Shown: positions 1 to 18,662 of the stretch, in pieces
How the letters are laid out: each line of letters starts with the position of its first letter
Position numbering within the stretch: position 1 is the first letter of the stretch
DNA from: Eledone cirrhosa
Lineage: Eukaryota
Assembly: GCA_964016885.1 (NCBI GenBank)
Contig: OZ024740.1
Location: 398,536,001 to 398,600,000, forward strand
Length of the DNA stretch: 64,000 nt
Direction: 5' to 3'
Notes under the pieces: model-generated
Database searches by the model: none
Seen by the model: only the letters and a program-made list of their open reading frames with translations
Told to the model about the DNA's origin: nothing
Translations under genes and position numbers: made by a program

Positions 1-3477
<3,477 letters not shown>

Positions 3478-3644
3478 AGAAATTTATAAATTTGTAAATT
3501 TATAAATATATAATAAATTAAATTGAAGTGAAAGCAACTGGTGCGTGTGTTTCTTATTGGCAACATGACCCTCCCAAAGTATAACAATATCGGTTTCAAC
3601 ACACGATTTCAGATAAAGAATCTTGCTAAACAAATTCAGAAACG

Positions 3645-3647
<3 letters not shown>
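3478..3647 (+). mobile_element. 3' terminal (pLTR) fragment of the Neptune-like PLE family
   Basis: Near-identical to 46710-46878 (aagcaactggtgcgtg...cagaaacgaaa then (TA)n), which lies downstream of a GIY-YIG ORF. Confidence 0.85.
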
Positions 3648-3713
<66 letters not shown>

Positions 3714-3716
<3 letters not shown>

Positions 3717-4024
3717 GTAGCGAAACAAACGGTTATCAAACAATTTTCTAAATAAATTAAAAAATGATTAAATAATCACCTGTTCAGATGCTGTTCGTTG
3801 GATTTCCAATCTTTCGGAATGATGAAACCGTCGGTAACAGCATCTGAACAGGTGATTATTTAATCATTTTTTAATTTATTTAGAAAATTGTTTGATAACC
3901 GTTTGTTTCGCTACTTTTATATTGTTCTGGTATCTCGAATTAGTGCCATTGAACCACATGTATTATAAACAACTTGAATATTTCTACAAGTACATTGTAC
4001 CTGTTGAGGTATCCATCCACTTCT
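3714..4024 (+). mobile_element. Foldback mini-element (arms 3714-3795 and 3836-3917) with the 3' half of an HHR motif at its axis
   Basis: Near-perfect inverted repeat of about 82 bp. GAA-ACCG-t-CGGT-A at 3824-3836 gives stem III plus a GUA triplet. A unique tail runs into (TA)n. Confidence 0.7.
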
Positions 4025-4026
4025 AT

Positions 4027-5273
<1,247 letters not shown>

Positions 5274-6035
5274 TGATGGGTTCTCCCGTCGATTTGACGT
5301 ATGAGGGTGCAACAGTCTTTTCAGTTCATTGTTTTATGTTCATGCCTCAAATGGCAGCTCACTCCAGCTGCTGATTTACACATCAATCCGCACTCGGAGC
5401 AGGTGACAGGATCTTGGACAGAGCAGGAGTGTCTGAGTAGACTCTTATCTCACATAGGTGGGCTACATGAGATTTCTCAAAGTACATTATACCTTCAAAC
5501 GAAGACAGAGGTGTATATATATATGAAAAAAATGAAATTTCATTTCTCACTCTTAGTACGGCTGATACTTAAATATAAGTATGTATACATACATACATAT
5601 ATGTATATAGACGTACAGTATAATGTATATACATACATACATGCACACATATATATATGTATGTATGGGTTTACCGAACATTTATTATAATGTTCGGTTT
5701 GTTTGTAAACAAACAGCCCGAATTAAGACGTACAGTGTTCGGCAACCATCGATGCCCATTTGTTCAACACTGACAAAGGAGCGATGAACTAGTTTCTAGC
5801 TTATTAGCTGTCATCAGCACCGTATACCTTCCTGTCAGTCGATGGAACGTTTGCTCAGCCGTTAATATGCTTTCAAACGTTCAATCGACGTATAATAATT
5901 CATAAGAGATAAATAATGTTTAAAGAAATAAAAATAAAGAATTAAATATTATTAAGATTAAAATTACAATGAAAATTTAAAAATTTGTTCAAATTAATAT
6001 TTTATAATTTTATATATATATGTATATATATATAT

Positions 6036-6434
6036 TGTTATACTTTGGGAGGGTCATGTTGCCAATAAGAAACACACGCACCAGTGGCTTTCACTTCAAT
6101 TTATTATAATAAATTTATAAATTTAGGAATTTATAAATTTCCGGTTGGTTGGTTCCACAACCAGATGGTTGTTTATATATTGTCAAAGTTCTTTCGTCAC
6201 ACATTCTGTGACCTCTTCAATGACTGTTGATTCTTTTCTTTGTTTTTGTGCCTCTCCTTTGTTCTGTCCTACGCCATCGTGTTCCTGGGTGTGTGTTCAC
6301 AGACACATACAGAAACAAGATGGCGTAGGACAGAACAAAGGAGAGGCAACATGACCCTCCCAAAGTATAACAATATCGGTTTCAACACACGTTTTCAGGT
6401 AAAGAATCTTGCTAAACAAATTCAGAAACGAAAT
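6036..6434. mobile_element. Rearranged (inverted) pLTR of the Neptune-like PLE, with an HHR motif at 6182-6224 (-)
   Basis: 6036-6280 is the reverse complement of 46570-46820. 6316-6434 is in forward orientation and ends cagaaacgaaa(TA)n. The core is mutated (TTGAAGA). Confidence 0.85.
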
Positions 6435-6620
6435 ATATATATATACATATATAATATATGTATATATGTGTGTGTGTTATATGTAAATATACATATATAT
6501 ATGTTTATATATATATATATATATGTATTCATATATATATGTGTGTCTTATATATGTAAATATGCATATATATATACATATATATATATATATATGTGAG
6601 ACTTATATATGTAAATATGC

Positions 6621-6674
<54 letters not shown>

Positions 6675-6786
6675 AAAAATTGAACGGGAACAAAACAGAG
6701 AGGCAGTACGAACAAAGATTTATTAGTTTCACGCTCTTGAGAGTGGGGTGGTGGTGGGGAATATATCTATGTATATAACTTATTTA

Positions 6787-6867
<81 letters not shown>

Positions 6868-7036
6868 GTTATATATGCAAATATGCATATCTATATATAT
6901 GTTATATATGTTATATATGTTACATATGTTATATATGTAAATATGAATATATATGTTATATATGTAAATAGGCATATATATATATTTTATATGTGTAAAT
7001 ATGTATGCATATATATATGTTATATATGTATACATG

Positions 7037-7081
<45 letters not shown>

Positions 7082-7163
7082 AAATATGCATATATATGTA
7101 TGTTATATATGTAAATATGTATATATATGTTAGAAAAAGCACAGACCCTCCATCTCAACTCTA

Positions 7164-7199
7164 CTTTTGAAAAGCAGAAGAACTGCGAAACGAGTAAAG
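7164..7199 (+). ncRNA. Minimal type-I hammerhead ribozyme motif, U3:A8 variant
   Basis: ctt-TTGAAAA-GCAG(aagaa)CTGC-GAA-AC(ga)GT-A-aag: all three stems and a GUA triplet. Sits in a short solo pLTR-like island (about 7130-7272). Confidence 0.6.
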
Positions 7200-7366
7200 C
7201 AATAAAATTAATATATATTTTTTTTTTTTAATAAGACTCCAGTTGCATTTTCGATTTCATCTTTTTTTCTTTATATATATATATATATATTTGGGTGTTT
7301 TATATGTAAATATAGATATATACATAGAGATGTTATCTATATGCGTATTTACATATATAACATATA

Positions 7367-7398
<32 letters not shown>

Positions 7399-7461
7399 TA
7401 TATATATATATACATATATATGTGTTATATATGTAAATATATATATATATGTGTGTTATAT

Positions 7462-7493
<32 letters not shown>

Positions 7494-7566
7494 TATGTAT
7501 GTAAATCTGCATATATGTTTGTGTGCGTGTGTGCTATACATCTAAATACGCATATAGATATATACA

Positions 7567-7733
<167 letters not shown>

Positions 7734-7782
7734 AAATATGTAAATATGCATACATATATATAATGTGTATATATATATATAT

Positions 7783-7905
7783 TGTGAAGGCGTGTGGCTG
7801 AATGGTTAGAGAATTCGATTCGCAATCGTAAGGTTGTGAGTTCGATTCCTGGACCAGGCGATGCGTTATGTCCTTGAGCAAGACACTTTATTTCACGTTG
7901 CTCCT
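7783..7905 (+). mobile_element. tRNA-derived SINE with CORE-like domain (family B)
   Basis: A box tggctgaatgg, B box gttcgattcc, then tgtccttgagcaagacacttt (MIR/CORE-like). Confidence 0.8.
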
Positions 7906-9021
7906 TCTACCTGGAGTTGCGACCGATAGATAGTATTAGCAATTGGAAAGACCAACGGAAACATTGTTCCCTCGGTCCGATTTGACAAAAGTCGATCGTC
8001 TTCTTATATATATATATATATAAAATATATTATATCTGTAAATATGCATATATATATGTAATATATACATATATATAATATATATAATGTTATATATATA
8101 TATATAATATAATGTATATATATATAATGTATATATATATAATGTATATATATATATAATATATATAATGTATATATATAATGTATATATATATAATATA
8201 TATAATGTATATATATAATATATATAATGTATATATAAATATATAATGTATATATAGTATATATATATATAATGTATATATATATATATAATATATATAA
8301 TGTATATATATATAATATATATAATGTATATATATATATAATGTATATATATATAATATATATATAATATATATAAAATGTATATACATGTATGTAATAT
8401 ATATAATACATATAATATATATAATGTATATATATGTATATAATATATATAATGTATATATATTTATATAATATATATAATGTATATATACGTATATAAT
8501 ATATAATGTATGTATACGTATATAATATATATAATGTGTATATATATATATAATATATATAATGTATGTATATATATATATGTATATATATGTATATAAT
8601 ATATATAATGTATATATATATATGTATATAATATATATATAATATATATAATATATATATAATATATATATAATGTATATATATATATATATATATAATG
8701 TATATATATATATTTTATATATATAATGTATATATATATATATATAATGTATATATATATATATAATATATATTATATATATATATATAATGCATATATA
8801 TATAAAATATATTATATATGTAAATATGTATATATGATATATATAATGTATATATATATATAAAATATATATATATATATAATATATTTAATGTATATAT
8901 ATATATAAAATATATTATATATGTAAATATGTATATATGATATATATAATGTATATATATATAAAATATATATGTAAATATAATATATATAATGTATATA
9001 TATATATTAAATATTATATAT

Positions 9022-9127
9022 AATCCCGCTGAGGTTGACTATGCCTTTCATCCTTACGGGGTCGATAAAATAAAGTACCAGTAATGCACTGAGTATTGCT
9101 GGCCTTGTGCCTAAAGTAGAAACAATT
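9022..9127 (+). mobile_element. tRNA-derived SINE family A, 3' part
   Basis: Diagnostic cctttcatccttacggggtcgataaaataaagtaccag...gtagaaacaatt, repeated more than 10 times in the window. Confidence 0.85.
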
Positions 9128-9153
9128 ATATATATAAATATATAACATATAAA

Positions 9154-9195
<42 letters not shown>

Positions 9196-9327
9196 TTATA
9201 TATGTAAATATGCATATATATATATATATAAAATATATATAATATATATAATGTATATATATATTATATATATATATATATACATTATATATATTACATA
9301 TATATATATATAAATATAATATATATA

Positions 9328-9366
<39 letters not shown>

Positions 9367-9600
9367 GTATATATATATAATGTATATATATTATATATGT
9401 AAATATGTATTTATATATATAATATATATATATTATATATGTAAATATCTATGTAGATATATAATATATATATATAATATATATATATTACATATGTAAA
9501 TATGTATGTATATATATAATATATATATTAAATATGTAAATATGTATGTATATATATAATATATATATATTATATATGTAAATATGTATGTATATATATA

Positions 9601-9690
9601 AGTGAACCTCGGCGGGATTTGAACTCAGACCGTAAAGGGACGTAACTATGCGTCAAAGCATGGTGTCCGACCCTCTACCAATACTGCAAA
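9601..9690 (-). mobile_element. SINE family A, 5' tRNA head
   Basis: Reverse complement contains the B box gagttcaaatccc. Confidence 0.8.
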
Positions 9691-9843
9691 TATATAAATA
9701 TGTATGTTTATATATAATATATATATATATTAAATATATAAATATGTATGTTTATATATAATATATATATATATTAAATATGTAAATATGTATATATATA
9801 ATATATATATATTATATATGTAAATATGCATATATATATATAT

Positions 9844-10030
9844 AATTGTTTCTACGTTAGGCACAAGGCCAACAATACACCAGTGCATTACGGATACTTT
9901 ATTTTATCGACCCCGTAAGGATGAAAGGCAAAGTTAACCTCGGTGGGATTTGAACTCAGAATGACAAGGGCCGTAACTCTATGTGTCAAAGCATGGCATC
10001 AGACCCTCTGCTGATACTGCCAATGCACCG
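9844..10030 (-). mobile_element. SINE family A, full length
   Basis: tRNA head, central domain and aacaatt tail. Confidence 0.88.
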
Positions 10031-10312
10031 CATATTTATATATTATATGTATATATACATATGCATATTATATATATAATATATATATATTATTATATAT
10101 ACATTATATATATATATATATGCATATATATATATACATATAATATATAAATATGTAAATATGCATGTAAATATGCATATATAAATATGCATATATATAA
10201 TATATATAATATATATATATAATATATGCATATATATAATATATATATATATATAATATATATATATATAATATATATACGTATATAGCATATATATGTA
10301 TAATATATATAT

Positions 10313-10344
<32 letters not shown>

Positions 10345-10488
10345 TATATATACGTATATAGCATATATATGTATAATATATGTATAATATATTTATTATA
10401 TATATATATATATAATATATATACGTATATAGCATATATATGTATAATATATATATATTATATATGTAAATAAGCATATATATGTATA

Positions 10489-10627
10489 TAACGAAGGAAG
10501 TGTGGTAAGAAACCAGATGGACCATAACGTACCAGAGTACTTTATTACTTAGGGTAGTAGATTGGGTAATAGGAAAATGTTTAACCCCCACGGCAGAGCT
10601 CAAGCCGCTTCGACGGCTATTTCTGGA
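10489..10627 (-). mobile_element. PLE-type terminal fragment (family H4), truncated inside HHR stem II
   Basis: Reverse complement of 12625-12767. Stops at ...tatttctgga next to AT-rich repeat. Confidence 0.75.
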
Positions 10628-10712
10628 TATGTATATTTACATATTTATATAGGCATATTTACATGTATATTTACATATTTATATATTATATGTATATATA
10701 CATATGCATATT

Positions 10713-10745
<33 letters not shown>

Positions 10746-11188
10746 ATGTCTATATATATATAATGTATGTATAATAACATATATATATTATATATATAAA
10801 TATGCATGTGCATATATACATATAATATATAATATAAATATATATAATTATTTAAATATACATATGTATATACATATAATATATATATATAAATATAGAA
10901 TATTATATTATATATTTCATATCCAGATAGGCATATATATATATATATATTTTCATATACATATTTATATATATATATATATATATTTACATATTTATAT
11001 ATTATATGTATATATACATATGCATATTTATATATATATATATAATATATATATATATAATGTATATATATAATGTATATATAATAATATATATATATAA
11101 TATATATATATATAATGTATATATATAATGTATATATAATAATATATATATATTATATATATTAATATGCATATGCATATATACATAT

Positions 11189-11365
11189 AATTGTTTCTAC
11201 TTTAGGCACAAGGCCAGCAATTACTCAGTACATTACTGGTACTTTATTTTATCGACCCCGTAATGATGAAAAGCAAAGTAAACCTCGGCGGGATTTGAAC
11301 TCAGACTGTAAAGGGATGTAACTATGCTAGAAAGCATGGCGTCCAACCCTCTACCGATACTGTAA
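11189..11365 (-). mobile_element. SINE family A
   Basis: Same consensus as the other copies. Confidence 0.88.
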
Positions 11366-11376
11366 ATATACATGTA

Positions 11377-11442
<66 letters not shown>

Positions 11443-11782
11443 TTCACATCCAGTATAAATATTTGTATATAAATAGATAGGCATATATATATATATATAT
11501 ATACCTATCTATTTATATACACAACACACACATACACTCAAACACATACACGCAAACACATACACACACTCACACACAAACACATACATACACACACAGA
11601 CACAAACAAACACACACACACACATATACAAACACACACACGCAAACACATACACATACACGCAAACACATACACACACGAGCTCATTGAGACACATTGT
11701 CTCCAATAAGTCTGCCAGATTTCCATTTATAATAAAATGCTTAATTGCTGCCTACCTTACGGGAAACCACAAACACACGCGT

Positions 11783-11833
<51 letters not shown>

Positions 11834-11838
11834 AAAAA

Positions 11839-11873
<35 letters not shown>

Positions 11874-11874
11874 A

Positions 11875-12153
11875 GTGGAGGCACGTGGCCCAGTGGTAGG
11901 GGTGTTGGACTTACGATCATAATATCGTGGGTTCGATTCCTGGGTTGCTTGTTGTGTTCTTGAGCAAAACACTTCATTTCATGTTGCTCCAGTATACTCA
12001 CCTGAAAATGAGTACCAGTAATAGCTGGAGGTTTAACCCTGCGATGGACTGGCGTCGTGTCCAGGGGAAAGTCTTGTACACTCAGTCGCTTCAGGAGATG
12101 AAACCGGGATAAGCGCCGGCCAAATGAGCCTTCTGGTTTAAGACAGACTTTAA

Positions 12154-12157
<4 letters not shown>
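11875..12157 (+). mobile_element. tRNA-derived CORE-like SINE (family B), near full length
   Basis: A box tggcccagtgg, B box ggttcgattcc, ttgagcaaaacact core, accctgcgatggactggcg segment, ttt/aaactt tail. Confidence 0.85.
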
Positions 12158-12193
<36 letters not shown>

Positions 12194-12195
12194 TT

Positions 12196-12425
12196 ATTTA
12201 TTAAAATAACAGATTAAAGTTTAAGCAAAGAATCGCTGCTTTCACCCTTAACGCGATCTTCTGAAACAGTTTCACAAGATCCCGCTAAGGGTGAAAGCAG
12301 CGATTCTTTGCTTAAACTTTAATCTGTTATTTTAATAAATATTTGCTCTATGGTTCTTATATATTTGATATATATTTATCCTTATCGAGCCCTCTTTGGA
12401 TTTTAGTCTTAAAATTTATTATTAT

Positions 12426-12430
<5 letters not shown>
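12196..12430 (+). mobile_element. Foldback mini-element (family H5) with an HHR-like variant motif
   Basis: Arms about 12196-12267 and 12269-12340. Related copies at 47051-47400 and 48505-48690. Confidence 0.75.
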
Positions 12431-12465
<35 letters not shown>

Positions 12466-12565
12466 CGATACCACATTCGGTATGTCTTCGTAATTTAGTA
12501 AACGGTAATTGAGTGGAACCCCGTCATTTGTGTGTATATGTATATATATATATGTATATATATAT

Positions 12566-12767
12566 AGGAAGAAGTATGACCCCGACGGCAGAGCTGAAGC
12601 CGTTTCGACGGCTATTTCTGGACTCTGAGTCCAGAAACAGCCGTCGAAACGGCTTGAGCTCTGCCGTCAGGGTCATACTTGTTCCTATTACCCACTCTAC
12701 TACCCTAAGTATTGAGTACTTTGGTGAGTTATGGTCCATCTAGTTCCTTACCACAATTCCTTCGTTA
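12566..12767 (+). mobile_element. Foldback mini-element (family H4) centred on HHR stem II
   Basis: Inverted arms around ggactctgagtcc. GAA-ACGGC(ttgagctct)GCCGT-C gives stem III plus GUC. Confidence 0.78.
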
Positions 12768-13016
12768 TATATATTTATATATATATATATATATGAATAA
12801 AAATAGACAAGAATTATATATATATATATATATATAATATACATGTTGTGTGTCTGTGTGTATATATATATAGAAGTATGCGTTTGTGTGTGTATTTTAA
12901 CGGAAATGAAATATTTTATATACAAGCTAAATTTGACAGAAAAAATACGACGGTCCGTCTGTGTGAATCGAACCACTCACATTGTATATACCATTGCAGA
13001 GAAAAACTATATTAAC

Positions 13017-13186
13017 TGTTTCTACTTTTGGCACAAGGCCAGCAAATACCAGTACATTACTGGTACTTTATTTTATCGACCCCGTAAGGATGAAAGGCGG
13101 GATTTGAACTCAGAATGGAAAGGGCGGTAACTCTATGCGTTAAAACATGGTGTCCGACCCTCCACCGATACTGCCAATTCACCGCC
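13017..13186 (-). mobile_element. SINE family A (internally deleted)
   Basis: Consensus match. Confidence 0.85.
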
Positions 13187-13462
13187 ATTAACTATATTAA
13201 TACGACCTAACAAGCTTGTACAATTATATTTAGCTTGTATATATAAATTATAGATATATAATTAATTTGTAACTCTATAACTTTAACTCACTAATACATA
13301 AACATTTCAATGAAAAGACAATACTTATTAATAAATTATAACTATTAATTAACTATTAGAATATATCTTGAATTCCAGAAACCATGGTCAAGATATATAT
13401 AAGTTAAAGCAGACATTGGAGGGGGGGGGGGGGCATTTTGTTTGTATCTCCCCAAAAGGAGA

Positions 13463-13506
<44 letters not shown>

Positions 13507-13612
13507 CCAAATACATATATCACACGCAGTCACGATCGTATTTAGCTTGTATATAAATTTTATATCACATTCACGCGCGCGCGCACACACACACATTTTA
13601 TTAAGGCTAAAT

Positions 13613-13696
13613 AGTCTTGTTACTCCGGAGTTTCGCCTGTTTATCGCAGGGTCATTAGACTGTGATAAACAGCCAATACTCCGGAGTAACAAGACT
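13613..13696 (-). repeat. 84-bp hairpin containing an HHR 3' half
   Basis: The minus strand reads long stem II, GAA, palindromic ACTCCGGAGT, then A (GUA triplet). Confidence 0.6.
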
Positions 13697-13705
13697 CATT
13701 ATTTA

Positions 13706-13888
13706 GGTGAATTGCCAGTATCGGTAGAAGGTTGGACGCCATGCTTTCTAGCATAGTTACGTCCCTTTACAGTCTGAGTTCAAATCCCGCCGAGGTTAAC
13801 TTTGCCTTTCATCCTTACGGGGTCGATAAAATGAAGTACCAGTAATGTACTGGGTAATTGCTGGCCTTGTGCCTAAAGTAGAAACAAT
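13706..13888 (+). mobile_element. SINE family A, full length
   Basis: Consensus match. Confidence 0.88.
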
Positions 13889-13935
13889 TATTTAGTCTTA
13901 AAGAAATTAATATTTAAATACTACTTCGGATATAT

Positions 13936-13974
<39 letters not shown>

Positions 13975-14035
13975 TATATATATATGCATATATATATATG
14001 CATATATATATATATATGGGGGGGGGTATATATGC

Positions 14036-14067
<32 letters not shown>

Positions 14068-14369
14068 GCATATTAATATACTTCGATCCGACTGTCATTA
14101 TAGCTTCGTCTTGTCCAATAAATTAGTAATTTAATAAATGGAGACTGAGTGGAAGCCCGTCATTAGAAAACTGTATAATCGAACCCATATATTATGTCTG
14201 ATAGTATACAGTTCTCTAACTGATATAGATTAGTCAATATATCAATATGATCAACCCTCCGAAACGATCATAAAACAATGAATGAAATATGTAAAATAAC
14301 TTGCCTTTGTAATTATTATCATTGTTAAACTAATATATATCTGATATATATATATATATAATGTGTATA

Positions 14370-14685
14370 TTGCGACGTTGGCTCCTCTACTGTGATGAAT
14401 GAGCTTTGGTTTCTAAGTTTTACCCACACACCCACGTCTCCTCTGCAATTATCATGGTATTCAGGAACTCTGTGTCCTTGTTAACAGTATCGGGCGAAAT
14501 GAAAATGCGACAAGTAGTACAGCACCTCACACGCTGGATGTCTGACAATGAGTAACGCATCCAGCGCACTCGCCATAAAACACGTGCATGAATGTATAAT
14601 TCTCCACGCTTCAAACTTTGTCTCCCTAACGTCATTACTTCCCACGGAAAATTATATAGTCGGATACGTTTTAAACGTACCCATT
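14370..14685. mobile_element. Degenerate mariner transposon remnant
   Basis: Minus-strand peptide DTEFLNTMIIAEETWVCG resembles mariner FLxxIITGDETWV. Confidence 0.55.
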
Positions 14686-15894
14686 TGTTCTACAGTTAAC
14701 TTCTTGCCATTTCTTGCCGTCTTCAGAAATACAATGAACCAGTGATTGGACCATTAAGGCCTGGAAACAAGTAACATCGATTGCGACATATATTTAAATA
14801 TATAAATAACTATTTTATATAGCTTATTCATATGACTAACCAATATGTAATTAAATATATTATATAAATGTACAACTAAAAATTCTCGCTTTGACATTTT
14901 ATCTCAAAACTCTTGTGAGTTTTATCCAATATACACTGTTGTTTGGTTCATTTGGCTGTGTATATTTTCTGTTTGTATAATTTGACGTTTTATCATCCTG
15001 GTTGGTAACTAATGATGGTGACGGGTGGGGATGATGAATCCAGCGTTGGTTCCGAGGATGAGCATTCGGTTATTCGAACGACAGAATGGTCAGCTCATTT
15101 TTTTTTATATAAATACGTAAGCGGCTCAGTATTCCAGAGACATGCGTACCATTTAACGTATTTTTCAAGCGGAATCAATAATAACATATCACAAGGCTGA
15201 ACCGTTGAATTACAAGTATAATCCATCCGGCAGCTTTCACACAGTTTTCGTCTACCCAATTTCCCTGACGGGGTTTGAATCGACCCGAAAGACACTAGAC
15301 TTGAGTATCACGTAATGGGATTGAACCCGGAGCCATATGATTGCAAAGCGAATTTCTTAACCACTCTGCCATGGCTGGGTCCTTCAAATTAACTAATATA
15401 CTCATTACAGTTGGATGATTTGTGAAGAATATTTTCAGAAAATAAGAATTGTTTTAGTATTGGTGACAGTTGCTGGTGTTGTTTAGCTCCAGATGTGTCG
15501 TGGCTGATCGAATGAAAAGATATTCAAGTCGTGACAATCCTGTTTGTTTATTTTGACAGTATATCTAAGACTATCTAATGTCCCTTCATTTTAAAAAGGT
15601 ATGATATGATATAACGGAGATTTGACAATAATGAAAGAAATACCATCACATTTAAAACTTACTAGTGAAATTCATGAATGTCCTAAATTATTGTGTCATA
15701 ACACTTAAATTTCAGCGGCTAAGTCCATCCAGCTCCGAAGTTATTGTAGCACAACACTTAATTCTCAGCGGTCGAGTCCATCTAGGTCTTAAGTTATATT
15801 ATATGATTTTGCTCTCACTCAAAAGTTTACTTCGCTGCTCCCAAAATTTTCTGTTCTATAGATGTTCATCAAGTCGAAGTATTAATGAGCACAG

Positions 15895-16112
15895 GGGCGG
15901 TGGATTTGCAGAATCGGTAGAGCGTCGGACAAAATACTTTGCAGCATTTAGTTATGACCCTTTACGTTCTGAGTTCAAATCCCGCCGAGGTTAACTTTGC
16001 CTTTCATCCTTACAGGGTCGATAAAATAAAGTACCAGTAACAGACAGGGGTCGATTTAGTCGACTTTCCCCTTCCCTTGAAATTGCTGGTCTTGTGCCAA
16101 ATATAGAAACAT
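15895..16112 (+). mobile_element. SINE family A (longer variant)
   Basis: tRNA head, central domain, ggggtcgat segment and tail. Confidence 0.85.
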
Positions 16113-16324
16113 TTATAAACGAGCACAAAAGTTATATACTTGTCTCATTTAACATCATTGACTACTTTCGGGGAACACGATCAATGGTGTTAAAACAGTC
16201 CAACTCTTTTATCTCGTTTTTAGCTGCGGAAAGTTCTTTGTGGGCTGCTTATTTTCATGTATTTTGATACCACGTTTTGTTCTTATCGCTAGGCATAAAA
16301 AACATCTTTGTTATGAAGTTCCTA

Positions 16325-16470
16325 TGTAGTCACTGGACCGTCAAGAAATAGCAACCAAATTCCCAAATATCACATCCTACCATCTAAAATGTGGGAATGT
16401 ATATTATCTACAATGGAAAATGCTGTCCTAAATATAAAAAAAAATAGGGTACCATGTCTGCTAAAAATTA
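16325..16470 (+). repeat. Old dispersed repeat (…gac(c)tgctagaaatagcagccaaat… family)
   Basis: Related segments at about 21060-21270, 49435-49640, 49755-49800 and 57490-57555. Confidence 0.6.
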
Positions 16471-18312
16471 TCTTACCTCGAGTTAGTGACGTACAAAATA
16501 TTTTGACTCTTTCATGCAATATTTTAGTTGTTATTTCATACTATATTCGGATTATATTTGATCTCGATACATTAGTATCTTTGTGAGTATTTTGTCAATA
16601 GATAAAAGAGTTGTGTTATTGTAGACGTATTCTTTGATGGTTTGAACATGTTCCTTTGTGCACAGTTAATACTATTTCTCCTTCTCTATCAAGTTAGCCT
16701 TTTTAATGAACAATTGGTGGTTTGTGAAGAAATGTTTTATCATGAACAAGAACTTTGTTCATTCGCTATAGTTATGCTAAACAGTGGGTTCCACTAGTTG
16801 ATTTGGTTTTCTTGCTTTTTTGCTGACATTGTTGTTCGGTTCGTTTCTCTTTGTATACATTCCAGTTTCTCTCTTTAATCCGATTTTCTTTCCATTGCAT
16901 CTTTATCAAAATATGTGGTGCAATTAAAAATACTTTTTATAAGAAAATGTGTTGGATATTTTCCAGGTATTGTATCTAACTGCAATTTTATGATCCTAGG
17001 CAGTTGATTGGAAATTTCTCATGACATATAAATGCTTCGGTATATATATATATATATATATATATATAATCCATCTATCTCCGTATTTGTGAGGTGCTTA
17101 TATACCTCTGCAGAATCGCTTAATAGAGAGGAACTGATGAAACAACGGCTGGGAATGTAATTAGTCTGGAGTGACACGATAAAACGAATGGCTATGTAGT
17201 TATTTCGATTGCAGACAGCTAAATGACAAATAGGGTGAAATAGAGCAATCCACACAGAAAGGAGGAGGGAGAAGATATATTAAGTAGGGGTTGGACAGAA
17301 TTAGAACTCATACTATCCGTTTTGAAGATGTAACTAAGCTGTATTGTGGTCACGTCGGTGAAGAATACGTTATTGATGATGAACTAGATATGAGATACTT
17401 TAGAAATAAGCTGAAATGGGCTGTGTGTCAGATGTTTTGTTGAACATGTCGAAAAATCAAAATGGTGACTGTCATTTACGAAGATATGAGTGGTGCGAAA
17501 GATATAAATGTAGACATACTTGATAATGAATTAGTTGCGGTACTATTTAGCATTGAATTATTTTTATATACATTTGACATCAGTCCATGACTGATAATTA
17601 GGCGCATAATGTTCCTCTTGTTATAAACATATGAATATATGTAGAAACACACGTGTGTGTGTGGAAAGTCAGATCGACCCAGAACGAGGCAGGGTTTGAA
17701 CTTAAAACACAGAATCAAATCAGATACCGCAAGCCATCCAGTCCACCACCTTTGAGCTAGTTTATTATTTATCGATCCCGAAAGGATGAAAGTCAAAGGT
17801 GACCTCGAAACGAATAACGCAACGTAATTCTTGGGGCATTCTAACGACTCATCGAATTCGCTCACTATTGTCAAGTATACAGTCATAAAGTACCAGTAAT
17901 GCACTGGGATAATTGCTGGTCTTGTGCCAAAAGTCGAAACAATTATTACTAAAAGGTAAAGTAAGAGAAAAAGGGATTGAATTTTAAACACTGTTTAAAT
18001 GCATACAAAAATGCGTATATGAATATTGATACACATTTACCTCTGCATTTTAATATCCAGCTATTATTGAAACGAAAAGTGTAAGTTATCATATTCAAAA
18101 TAACATACAGACACACACGCACACGCGCATCTACTCAAGTGAGAGGGAGAGATATATTCACCTAAATCCAATTCTCTAAACTCTGAAATATTTGAACTAC
18201 ATGGGATAATCACATATATGCATGTATACATTCCTACATACCTAGATACAGATACACAAGTAAACATACATGCATGCATTGATTTTTGTTGATATATATG
18301 TGTGTGTATTAT

Positions 18313-18495
18313 TGAATTGGCAGTATCGGTAGAGGGTTGGATGCCATGCTTTCCAGCATAGTTCTGTCCCTTTACGATCTAAGTTCAAATCCAGCCGAGG
18401 TTAACTTTGCCCTTCGTCCTTACGGGATCGATAAAATAAAGTACCAGTAATATACTGAGTAATTGCTGCCCTTGTGCCAAAAGTAGAAACAATTA
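18313..18495 (+). mobile_element. SINE family A followed by (TG)n
   Basis: Consensus match, about 170 bp upstream of the snail splice acceptor. Confidence 0.88.
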
Positions 18496-18509
18496 TTATT
18501 ATTATTATT

Positions 18510-18583
<74 letters not shown>

Positions 18584-18662
18584 CACGTGTGTGGTGTGTG
18601 TGTACGTATATATATATAATATACGAATATTTTATTTATATCTGTTTTTTTTTATTTTACAG

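Noticed and set aside
7783-7860. Possible tRNA genes (also 11875, 15310-15375 and SINE-A heads)
   Set aside because: A/B boxes are present, but the cloverleaf is degenerate and most continue into SINE bodies.
13613-13696. Pre-miRNA hairpin
   Set aside because: Better explained as a foldback HHR/PLE end. There is no expression evidence.
14160-14330. Hairpins and a CCGAAACGATC motif suggesting another HHR
   Set aside because: I could not assemble a valid core or stems I and III.
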